The position numbers and the translations under genes were made by a program. A DNA stretch of 64,000 bases. Source: Nemertoderma westbladi (lineage: Eukaryota > Animalia > Xenacoelomorpha). The notes under the pieces were generated by a model. It saw only the letters and a program-made list of their open reading frames with translations, had not been told where the DNA came from and did no database searches. Shown in pieces: positions 12,537-24,299 of this stretch. The stretch spans positions 1 through 64,000 of the forward strand of contig JAUCBJ010003164.1 of assembly GCA_032718475.1 (NCBI GenBank). Reading direction: 5' to 3'. Positions within the stretch are counted from its first letter, which is position 1. The number at the start of each line of letters is the position of its first letter.

Positions 12537-13070
12537 CTGTCGTGAAAGAATACATTATATCAATAAATTATGTAGGAAAGGGAAAGTCCAAAGCATATAA
12601 TTAATAATCTATTGTTAGATAACGAGTTTGTATTGTTGGTTGGACTTATGTTAAAGTGACCAAATGGAATCAAAAGAAAGATGTTACGATATGAGTATAT
12701 ATTTCGGGCAACAGCCCATTATCAACTCATAATAATCTATTGTGGTTCTGGAAATGTGATACAAAGTTGCCAAGTGATCTACTTAAATTTGTGCACAAAA
12801 ATATCGGATTTGATAAGATTCGAACTCACGGTCTCTAGCTGATAAGTCGAACGCGCTCTCAGATACACGTTACAAAACTATTGATAAAAGTTAAACACGA
12901 AATATCGGGGCAACCTGAAATCTACTCTCTCTTCACTGTTACCTGTAAAGCGGAAATCGCACACTCTACAGTAACTTACACGGATGCAGAGCACCTTAGT
13001 AGCTACCCAATGCCAATTCCGCCCGCAAAATAAGGTTCCCATATCGATGGTTAGACACCAAGTTACGAAA

Positions 13071-13206
13071 ACTCACCTGGCACACAAAACGGGTACTGGC
13101 CATAGACTCACCTGGGACTCAAAAGGGGAACTGGGCTGGCCATAGACTCACCTGGGACACAAAACGGGGGCTGGGCATAGACTCACCTGGGACACAAAAC
13201 GGGTAC
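13071..13206. repeat. Short minisatellite (4 x ~35-40 bp; CATAGACTCACCTGGGACACAAAACGGG)
   Basis: Directly visible. It also occurs at about 27244-27379 and 58960-59095, and as a 3-copy variant at about 45094-45190. Confidence 0.85.
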
Positions 13207-14647
13207 GGGATTATAATAAATAAATTACCTTTCTTGTAATCGTCCCTGGTCCTGAAACACTTTAATATATTTGATTGCGAACGGCCATTAATGCGACGTC
13301 TCTATAATAAAGCAGATAATATTTAGGCCTATGAATAAACAAACTATAATAATACTGGAATACAAAACTAAACACTAAATAGGGTAACTAACTAGAAAGT
13401 CAAGGTTAAACCATACCGAATGAATATAATACAAAGCCGGTTGGTTGAAAGCATATTATATTGATATGAAGACACAAGAGTATTGTTATTGACTTCGCAA
13501 TACAAAGTAATAATTATATGTCTGGAGGGAGGAATGACCCCGTGCCTTTGTATAATAGCCGACCCACCGACTGGCATTGCAATTAATAATAAAAATGCTT
13601 CTACAGCTACGGTACTGTACAGCCAATAAGAACATTGAATATTAGTTAAAGGCAATGGCTGTATGAATAGCCGCGTTAAGTTAAACTGCAACAGAGGTGT
13701 ATGTAAAGTGAAAGAAATAGGCCACAGTCACTCAGGTAAGCAAGCCTGAATGAGATGATGAGTATGACAAGGGCTTGAAGTATTGGCTACCCCGCCCATC
13801 AACTATAGTAACTGTATGATATTTCGTCTTAAATTCCCGCTTTGAGGTTCTGAAGGATGAGTTGATTCCACTTTTTAGCTGTTATTTAGGTGAAAAAAAG
13901 CATAAGAAGATGACGTAAAGAAATGCTTGATGTTTTCACTTAATTAACAGCAGAAATGTGTTGGAATTGAAGTTATTGATTTTTGTAGATTACTTACTCA
14001 AGAAATGTGTGAAAGACATTTTTCAAAATGAAAGACATTTTTGTGAAAGTGTCTTTAAAAAATGAGTGTAAGTCAGCCAATGGGCATAGCTGAATCGACA
14101 TTATGTTTTTTTTGTAATAACGCGCCATAGAATAACATGGAGTAACTATGACAATACCATGGTAAGGGCCAGTATAATAATTGTCTCTAGCGGCATACCC
14201 CCCCCCCCCCCCCCCGGCCGTCTCTCTCTGCTGCCTCTAGCGTCGGTAGTAAATTCATACTGTGCCACGTGGTGGTGTGTAACACTTTTCCTATTGTAAG
14301 TACAATGAATGTGGAAGGGATGGATAAGGCAATAATTATTCTATCATAGGAGAAGGGGAATATTATATGTTGATGTGGGCAGGGAATAATGCCGGTGGTT
14401 GGGTTATATTGTTAAAGTAATGAAAAGTTTAAAGGTCTGTATGTTCGGTTGTTGTGGATGAAAAATGCTGAATTAAATTTCTTTAGATTCACTGTAAATT
14501 GATCTTTCTATTATTCATACCAAGAACTAACAATCAGGATCAAGAATAACCTTATTTAAAAAATGTATTATTATATATCCTGCGGTATGCAATGCCATTG
14601 GTTTCAATGTCGATTACAATATCAATATCGGTTATTGGTATCGGTTA

Positions 14648-17540
14648 CTGGTACTTGTACTTGTACTTGTATTTGTACTTGTACTTGTACTTGTACTTGT
14701 ACTTGTACTTGTACTTCTAATTGTACTTGTACTTGTACTTGTACTTGTACTGGTACTTGTACTGGTACTTGTACCTGTACTTGTACTTGTACTTGTACCT
14801 GTACTTGTACTTGTACTTGAACTTGTACTTGTACCTGTACTTGTACTTGTACCTGTACTTGTACTTGTAATTGAACTTGAACTTGTAATTGTACTTGTAC
14901 TTGTACATGTACTTGAACTTGTAATTGTACTTGTACTTGAACTTGTACTTGTACTTGTACCTGTACTTGTATTTGTACTTGTACTTGTACTTGTACTTGA
15001 ACTTGTACATGTACTTGTACCTGTACTTGTACTTGAACTTGTACTTGTAATTGTACTTGTATTTGTACTTGTACTTGTACTTCTAATTGTATTTGTACTT
15101 GTACTTGTACTTGTACTGGTACTTGTACTGGTACTTGTACCTGTACTTGTACTTGTACTTGTACCTGTACTTGTACTTGAACTTGTACTTGTACTTGTAC
15201 TTGTACCTGTACTTGTACCTGTACTTGTACTTGTACTGGTACTTGTACTGGTACTTGTACCTGTACTTGTACTTGTACCTGTACTTGTACTTGTACTTGA
15301 ACTTGTACTTGTACTTGTACCTGTACTTGTACCTGTACTTGTACTTGTACTTGTACTTGTAATTGAACTTGAACTTGTACTTGTAATTGAACTTGAACTT
15401 GTAATTGTACTTGTACTTGTACATGTACTTGAACTTGTACTTGTACTTGAACTTGTACTTGTACTTGTACTTGTACTTGAACTTGTACATGTACTTGTAC
15501 TTGTACCTGTACTTGTACTTGTACTTGAACTTGAACTTGTAATTGTACTTGTACTTGTATTTGTACTTGTACTTCTAATTGTACTTGTACTTGTACTTGT
15601 ACATGTACTTGAACTTGTATATGTACTTGTACTTGAACTTGTACTTGTACTTGTACCTGTACTCTTACTTGTACTTGTACTTGTACTTGTAATTGAACTT
15701 GAACTTGTAATTTTACTTGTACTTGTACATGTACATGTACATGTACTTGTACTTGTACTTGTACCTGTACTTGTACTTGTACCTGTACTTGTACTTGTAC
15801 TTGAACTTGTACTTGTACTTGTAATTGAACTTGAACTTGTAATTGTACTTGTACTTGTACTTGTACATGTACTTGTACTTGTACTTGAACTTGTACTTGT
15901 ACTTGTACCTGTACTTGTACCTGTACTTGTACTTGTACTTGAACTTGTACTTGTACTTGTAATTGAACTTGAACTTGTAATTGTACTTGTACTTGTACTT
16001 GTACTTGTACATGTACTTGAACTTGTACTTGTACTTGTACTTGAACTTGTACTTGTACTTGTACTTGAACTTGTACATGTACTTGTACTTGTACCTGTAC
16101 TTGTACTTGTACTTGAACTTGAACTTGTAATTGTACTTGTACTTGTATTTGTACTTGTACTTCTAATTGTACTTGTACTTGTACTTGTACATGTACTTGA
16201 ACTTGTATATGTACTTGTACTTGAACTTGTACTTGTACCTGTACTCTTACTTGTACTTGTACTTGTACTTGTAATTGAACTTGAACTTGTAATTTTACTT
16301 GTACTTGTACATGTACATGTACATGTACTTGTACTTGTACTTGAACTTGTACTTGTACTTGTACCTGTACTTGTACTTGTACCTGTACTTGTACTTGTAC
16401 TTGAACTTGTACTTGTAATTGAACTTGAACTTGTAATTGTACTTGTACTTGTACATGTACTTGTACTTGTACTTGTACTTGAACTTGTACTTGTAATTGT
16501 ACTTGTATTTGTACTTGTACTTGTACTTCTAATTGTACTTGTACTTGTACTTGTACCTGTACTTGTACTTGTACTTCTAATTGTACTTGTACTTCTAATT
16601 GTACTTGTACTTGTACTTGTACTTGTACTTGTACTTGTACTTGTACTTGTACTTGCACTTGTACTTGTAATTGTGCTTGTGCTTGTGCTTATGCTTGTGC
16701 TTGTACTTGTACTTGTACTTGAACTTGTACTTGTAATTGAACTTGAACTTGTAATTGTACTTGTACTTGTACTTGTACATGTACATGTACTTGAACTTGT
16801 ACTTGTACTTGAACTTGTACTTGTACCTGTACTTGTACTTGTACTTGTACTTGAACTTGTACATGTACTTGTACTTGTACCTGTACTTGTACTTGTACTT
16901 GAACTTGAACTTGTAATTGTACTTGAACTTGTATATGTACTTGTACTTGAACTTGTACTTGTACCTGTTCTCTTACTTGTACTTGTACTTGTAATTGAAC
17001 TTGAACTTGTAATTTTACTTGTACTTGTACATGTACATGTACATGTACTTGTACTTGTACTTGAACTTGTACTTGTACCTGTACTTGTACTTGTACTTGT
17101 ACCTGTACTTGTACTTGTACCTGTACTTGTACTTGAACTTGTACTTGTAATTGAACTTGAACTTGTACTTGTACTTGTACATGTACATGTACTTGAACTT
17201 GTACTTGTACTTGAACTTGTACTTGTACTTGTACCTGTACTTGTACTTGTACATGTACTTGTACTTGTACTTGTACTTGTACTTGAACTTGTACTTGTAC
17301 TTGTAATTGTACTTATACTTGTATTTGTACTTGTACTTGTACTTCTAATTGTACTTGTACTTGTACATGTACTTGAACTTGTATATGTACTTGTACTTGA
17401 ACTTGTACTTGTACTTGAACTTGTAATTGTACTTGTACTTGTACATGTACTTGAACTTGTACTTGAACTTGTACTTTTACTGGTACTTGTGCTTGTTCTT
17501 GTACTTGCACTTCTATTTGTAATTGTACTTGTACTTGTTG
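14648..17540. repeat. GTACTT hexamer satellite tract, copy 1 (~2.9 kb)
   Basis: (GTACTT)n with variants GAACTT, GTAATT, GTACCT, GTACAT, GTGCTT and GCACTT. Confidence 0.98.
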
Positions 17541-17549
17541 TATTTTTTA

Positions 17550-20500
17550 GAATTCCGGACAGTATTTTGGACAGTTTTGCCCGGAAATCCGGGCATTTTG
17601 CCGGATTTTTGGATGTCCGGGCATTCTAGTGCCCGGGCATCCGGACATCCGGGCGAATTTGGAACGGTCAAATTGTCGGACAGTAAAGTTTAATGGACGC
17701 CTGGATTTACAGATTTCCGGGCAGTATTTTGGACAAATTTGCCTGGAAATCCGGACAATTTGCCGGATTTTTGGATGTCCGGGCGACTTTGGAACAGTCA
17801 AATATGCCGATAGAAAAGTTAACTGGACGCCCAGATTTGCCAAATTCCGGACAGTAATTTGGACAGTTTGCCCGGAAATACAGACATTTTGGCCGGATTT
17901 ACGGACGTCCGGGTATCCTAGTGCCCGGAAGTCCGGACATCCGGAAGTCCGGGCGACTTTGGAATGGACAAATAGTCGGACAGACAAGTTTAATGGACGC
18001 CCGGATTTACAAAATTCCGGACAGTATTTTGGACAAATTTGCCCGGAAATCCGGACAATTTGCCGGATTTTTGGATGTCCGGGCACTCCAGTGCCCGGGC
18101 GTCCGGATTTCCGGGCGACTTTGGAACGGACAAATAGTCGGACAGACAAGTTTAATGGATGCCCAGATTTACAGATTTCCGGGCAGTATTTTGGACGAAT
18201 TTGCCCGGAAATCCGGACATTTTGCCGGATATTTGGATGTCCGGGCATTCCAGTGCCCGGGCGTCCGGACTTCCGGGCGACTTTGGAACGGACAAATAGT
18301 CGGACAGACAATTTAAATGGACGCCCGCATTTACAGATTTCCGGGCAGTATTTTGGACAAATTTGCCCGGAAATCCGGACATTATGCCGGATTTTTTGAT
18401 GTCCGGGCATTCCAGTGCCCGGGCGTCCGGACATCCGGGCGACTTTAGAACGGACAAATAGTCGAACAGACAAGTTTAATAGACGCCCGGATTTACGGAA
18501 TTCCGGGCAGTATTTTGGAGAAATTTGCCCGGAAATCCGGACAATTTGCCGGATTTTTGGATGTCCGGGCATTCCAGTGCCCGGGCGTCCGGACTTCCGG
18601 GCGACTTTGGAATGGACAAATAGTCGGACAGACAAGTTTAATGGACGCCCGGATTTACAAAATTCCGGACAGTATTTTGGACAAATTTGCCCAGAAATCC
18701 GGACAATTTGCCGGATTTTTGGATGTCCGGGCACTCCAGTGCCCGGGCGTCCGGATTTTCGGGCGACTTTGGAACGGACAAATAGTCGGACAGACAAGTT
18801 TAATGGATGCCCAGATTTACAGATTTCCGGGCAGTATTTTGGACGAATTTGCCCGGAAATCCGGACATTTTGCCGGATATTTGGATGTCCGGGCATTCCA
18901 GTGCCCGGGCGTCCGGACTTCCGGGCGACTTTGGAACGGACAAATAGTCGGACAGACAATTTAAATGGACGCCCGCATTTACAGATTTCCGGGCAGTATT
19001 TTGGACAAATTTGCCCGGAAATCCGGACATTATGCCGGATTTTTTGATGTCCGGGCATTCCAGTGCCCGGGCGTCCGGACATCCGGGCGACTTTAGAACG
19101 GACAAATAGTCGAACAGACAAGTTTAATAGACGCCCGGATTTACGGAATTCCGGGCAGTATTTTGGAGAAATTTGCCCGGAAATCCGGACATTTTGCCGG
19201 ATTTTTGGATTTCCGGGCATTCCAGTGCCCAGGCGTCCGGACTTCCGGGCGACTTTGGAACGGACAAATAGTCGGACAGACAAGTTAAATGGACGCCCGG
19301 ATTTACAGATTTCCGGGCAGTATTTTGGACGAATTTGCCCGGAAATCCGGACAATTTGCCGGATTTTTGGATGTCCGGGCATTCCAGTGCCCGGGCGTCC
19401 GGACTTCCGGGCGACTTTGGAACGGACAAATAGTCGGACAGACAATTTAAATGGACGCCCGGATTTACAGATTTCCGGGCAGTATTTTGGACAAATTTGC
19501 CCGGAAATCCGGACATTTTGCCGGATTTTTTGATGTCCGGGCATTCCAGTGCCCGGGCGTCCGGACATCCGGGCGACTTTAGAACGGACAAATAGTCGGA
19601 CAGACAAGTTAAATGGACGCCCGGATTTACAGATTTCCGGGCAGTATTTTGGAGAAATTTGCCCGGAAATCCGGACAATTTGCCGGATTTTTGGATGTCC
19701 GGGCATTCCAGTGCCCGGGCGTCCGGACATCCGGGCGACTTTGGAACGGGAAAATAGTCGGACAGACAAGTTTAATAGAACGCCCGGATTTACGGAATTC
19801 CGGGCAGTATTTTGGACAAATTTGCCCGGAAATCCGGACATTTTGCCGGATTTTTGGATTTCCGGGCATTCCAGTGCCCGGGCGTCCGGACTTCCGGGCG
19901 ACTTTGGAACGGACAAATAGTCGGACAGAGAAGTTTAATGGACGCCCGGATTTATAGATTTCCGGGCAGTATTTTGGACAAATTTGCCCGGAAATCCGGA
20001 CATTTTGCCGGATTTTTGGATGTCCGGGCATTCCAGTGCCCGGGCGTCCGGACTTCCGGGCGACTTTGGAACGGACAAATAGTCGGACAGACAAGTTAAA
20101 TGGACGCCCGGATTTACAGATTTCCGGGCAGTATTTTGGACGAATTTGCCCGGAAATCCGGACAATTTGCCGGATTTTTGGATGTCCGGGCATTCCAGTG
20201 CCCGGGCGTCCGGACTTCCGGGCGACTTTGGAACGGACAAATAGTCGGACAGACAATTTAAATGGACGCCCGGATTTACAGATTTCCGGGCAGTATTTTG
20301 GACAAATTTGCCCGGAAATCCGGACATTTTGCCGGATTTTTTGATGTCCGGGCATTCCAGTGCCCGGGCGTCCGGACATCCGGGCGACTTTAGAACGGAC
20401 AAATAGTCGGACAGACAAGTTAAATGGACGCCCGGATTTACAGATTTCCGGGCAGTATTTTGGAGAAATTTGCCGGGAAATCCGGACAATTTGACGGATT

Positions 20501-22050
20501 TTTGGATGTCCGGGCATTCCAGTGCCCGGGCGTCCGGACTTCCGGGCGACTTTGGAACGGGAAAATAGTCGGACAGACAAGTTTAATAAACGCCCGGATC
20601 TACGGAATTCCGGGCAGTATTTTGGACAAATTTGCCGGAAATCCGGACAATTTGCCGGATTTTTGGATTTCCGGGCATTCCAGTGCCCGGGCGTCCGGAC
20701 TTCCGGGCGACTTTAGAACGGACAAATAGTCGGACAGAGAAGTTAAATGGACGCCCGGATTTATAGAATTCCGGGCAGTATTTTGGACAAATTTGCCCGG
20801 AAATCCGGACATTTTGCCGGATTTTTGGATGTCCGGGCATTCCAGTGCCCGGGCGTCCGGACTTCCGGGCGACTTTGGAACGGACAAATAGTCGGACAGA
20901 CAAGTTTAATGGACGCCCGGATTTACAGATTTCCGGGCAGTATTTTGGACGAATTTGCCCGGAAATCCGGACAATTTGCCGGATTTTTGGATGTCCGGGC
21001 ATTCCAGTGCCCGGGCGTCCGGACTTCCGGGCGACTTTGGAACGGACAAATAGTCGGACAGACAATTTAAATGGACGCCCGGATTTACAGATTTCCGGGC
21101 AGTATTTTGGACAAATTTGCCCGGAAATCCGGACATTTTGCCGGATTTTTGGATGTCCGGGCATTCCAGTGCCCGGGCGTCCGGACATCCGGGCGACTTT
21201 AGAACGGACAAATAGTCGGACAGACAAGTTTAATAGACGCCCGGATTTACGGATTTCCGGGCAGTATTTTGGAGAAATTTGCCGGGAAATCCGGACAATT
21301 TGCCGGATTTTTGGATGTCCGGGCATTCCAGTGCCCGGGCGTCCGGACTTCCGGGCGACTTTGGAACGGGAAAATAGTCGGACAGACAAGTTTAATAAAC
21401 GCCCGGATCTACGGAATTCCGGGCAGTATTTTGGACAAATTTGCCCGGAAATCCGGACAATTTGCCGGATTTTTGGATTTCCGGGCATTCCAGTGCCCGG
21501 GCGTCCGGACTTCCGGGCGACTTTAGAACGGACAAATAGTCGGACAGAGAAGTTAAATGGACGCCCGGATTTATAGAATTCCGGGCAGTATTTTGGACAA
21601 ATTTGCCCGGAAATCCGGACATTTTGCCGGATTTTTGGATGTCCGGGCATTCCAGTGCCCGGGCGTCCGGACTTCCGGGCGACTTTGGAACGGACAAATA
21701 GTCGGACAGACAAGTTAAATGGACGCCCGGATTTACAGAATTCCGGGCAGTATTTTGGACAAATTTGCCCGGAAATCCGGACATTTTGCCGGATTTTTGG
21801 ATGTCCGGGCATTCCAGTGCCCGGGCGTCCGGACATCCGGGCGACTTTAGAACGGACAAATAGTCGGACAGACAAGTTTAATGAACGCCCGGATTTACAG
21901 ATTTCCGGGCAGTATTTTGGACAAATTTGCCTGGAAATACAGACATTTTGGCCTGATTTCCGGGCGTCCGGGCATCCTTGCGCCAGTATATCCGGACGCC
22001 CGGGCGACTTGAGAACAGTCAAATAGGCAGACAGAAACGTTTACTGGATG
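17550..22050. repeat. 162-bp CCGG-rich satellite array, copy 1 (~28 monomers)
   Basis: The 54-aa periodicity of the spurious ORFs equals 162 bp. There is a 648-bp 4-mer repeat (18152 vs 18800) and diverged monomers at both edges. Confidence 0.98.
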
Positions 22051-22383
22051 CCCCGATTTTGATGCCCAAATATTGGTGTTTAATCTCAAATTGCAAGGGG
22101 GGGGGGGGGGGGGTTGTCACGAATTTAATCTCCGCTAATTACAGTAATATCTCATCTCGTCGAATAAGAGATGTAACTTATCAATTAAGGGGTAGGTGCT
22201 GGTTATAATGGTACGTTATTCTAACCAAAACAATAAACATTTACACAGTTACAGTTACATTTTTGCGAGTAATCAATAATTGTTACAGTATTTGCTACGG
22301 TTTCCCCCTTAAAAGGGTTAAATTTTGGTTGCGTCGAGAACACCAACACTACCTCCACCACTCGCCACTCCAGAGTCATTTCA

Positions 22384-23454
22384 TAATAATAATTAAATGC
22401 TTGAGTTAATACAATTATTTTATTCTTTAATTGTCAAGCTGAAGTAAAAAACCTTACCGGTAGGTATGCCAGTACAGTACGATACAAATACTAAAATAAA
22501 AAAGCAACTGACCATTAGACGTTGCATGCAATCAGTAATCAGCTGACGGCTGTCAGCTGATCAGTAGGTTTCGCCCCAATGGGGGCTTTCTCAAGTAGCT
22601 AGTGCTAGAAAGGAGACAATAGATAGAAGTTCCCAAGGGAGACGGGACGGTAAAGTGAAACAAGGTAGAAGTGTATCCGTCTAACCACTGGGAAGCAGCA
22701 CCTCAAACTTGCGCCAATCACGTTTCTGCTTGTTAATAGCTGGCTGGCGAGTGCGTATATAAAACATTTCTAGTTTTTGCAGGACAGGACGCAAAGGGTG
22801 CCGTGCAATAACCTTGAAGTGTTTGAACAACTCTCGCCAGTCAGTCAACCAACGTGTGTTGGGCTCCCCGCGGTGCGTCATGATATGGTTGTGAACTGTC
22901 TTGCCTTGTTCACTACCATCATTGGCCGACCCGTCTTGATGCTGTCTAACGCGTTCAAATAAGTGTTGGATGGTATGTCCAACATATTCCCCCTTACAAG
23001 AGGGACAAGCAAATGAATACACGACGTTAGAAGCCAGAATATCGGGAACCGGATGTTTCAATGATGGCAGTGATTGGCGCAGTTTGGCAGTTGTGTAAAC
23101 AAACCGCACTGGCCGTGCGCAAGATCTCGGTACTAGACCACGTAGCCTACGAACGAAAAGTTCGGTAGCCCGACCGCGGTACTCAAACTTACAGATGATA
23201 GGCCTGGGATTATCTACGGGTGCTGGATCCACCAGGTCAATGACCTCAGTGGGTGCAACCGCAGTCACCTCGCTCTCACTACAATTGCCAAGACGCCCCC
23301 TAGCGGCACGGACGGCGGTAAGCTCGCGTTGAATCATCGCATTCGTATATTGGTTATTGCTAAGAATGGTGTTAGCTTCGCCAATTGCAGAAAGGAGCTG
23401 GGAGCCATCCCCGCCCTTACTGACGTTGAAGACTGAGAGAGTCATTGAAGACTG
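22384..23454 (-). mobile_element. 5'-truncated Penelope-like retroelement (GIY-YIG endonuclease + 3' terminal region)
   Basis: ORF 23445-22681 reads SNVVYSFACPSCKGEYVGHT...ERVRQH...VHNH...FKVIA...LEMFYIRTRQPAINKQ, a PLE-type GIY-YIG with CCHH. It is flanked by a 12-bp TSD AGAGTCATTTCA (22372-22383 and 23455-23466). The site is empty in copies 1, 3 and 4. Confidence 0.92.
22568..22600 (-). ncRNA. Hammerhead-ribozyme-like core in Penelope terminal region
   Basis: The minus strand reads C-UUGAGAA-A-GCCCC-CAUU-GGGGC-GAAAC: a core with a U3:A8 covariant of C3:G8 and a 5-bp stem II. Stems I and III could not be drawn convincingly. Confidence 0.4.
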
Positions 23455-24299
23455 AGAGTCATTTCAAACCGAAATTTATTCGCCAAAAAATACTTGTCTT
23501 GAATAATTCTTGACATTAAGTTTAATAACGACGAAGGCCAGCCCTAACTAACAAGCACAATACGGTTATGACAATACAGTTACGTAAAGATATTTATTAG
23601 CCAAGCAAATAATGACGTAACACTGTGACACGTTATTATTATTGCACAAAGAATGACCAACCCAAAAAATGGCTTGTCTTCAAAGTGAACGCCACTTAGA
23701 TCACGCTAACTACTTACTGTATACTCTCGGAGAAACATTAATAATTAGTTTAATTAATTTATAAATTATTAATTAAATTGAAACAACTGAGTTTATAATT
23801 AGAATTTAATAAAAGTATTTAAACGAAATATAACATAACATATATGTGCAAAATGCGCAGAGAAAATATACCGATACTGTAGCGCACGAAAGACTCAAAG
23901 AAAAATTAAAAAAATACAGATTGATGGTTAAAATAAACCAAAATTATAAAACGAGGGTGGGCTACAATTTTAAGGATCGTTAAATACAGTATGGTTGTTA
24001 CTCGTCAGTAACATGAAATGGAATAGAAACACAACGCAATTCAGTGTTCCATACCAAAAAATATCAACCAATTACATTTTAACACGTAAATAAATACCGA
24101 CTTTTGTGTCCATTTGTGCTTAATATGAGTGACAGCTACAGATAAATAATAAAATTACACCCAAATATTTATTGTGTACGTTGCAGCCATATAACAGTAT
24201 TATGAAGCCATTGACGTCAGCAACATTACGAGAATGTATTAATACTGTCAAACTATTAGGTAAGGATATCACTTTCGCTTTTCCCTTTAGGACACCTGT

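Larger units (their letters stand above)
9048..22142. repeat. Tandem segmental duplication unit, copy 1 (13.1 kb)
   Basis: Sequence starting AGTAATATCTCATCTCGTCG recurs at 22143, 41081 and 54899 with the same order: VGLUT 3' exons, GTACTT tract, 162-bp satellite, G-run. Confidence 0.95.

Noticed and set aside
12810-12865. Second tRNA-like sequence (GAGTTCGAATC on minus)
   Set aside because: Only a B-box with degenerate surroundings. At most an old SINE relic, too weak to call.
13229-13251. Possible 23-nt VGLUT micro-exon (TTTCAG|...AAAG|GTAATT on minus)
   Set aside because: It is not a multiple of 3, has no resemblance to the expected preceding VGLUT sequence, and is deleted in copy 3.
14563-17629. 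Long poly-QV, YK, LV and CT ORFs (also at 28.7-31.9, 46.5-50.4 and 60.5-63.5 kb)
   Set aside because: These are translations of a stop-free hexamer repeat, open in several frames on both strands. There is no signal peptide or splice context, and the frames are not conserved between copies.
17550-22050. CRISPR-like array
   Set aside because: There are no unique spacers and no cas genes. These are contiguous satellite monomers in intron-containing eukaryotic DNA.
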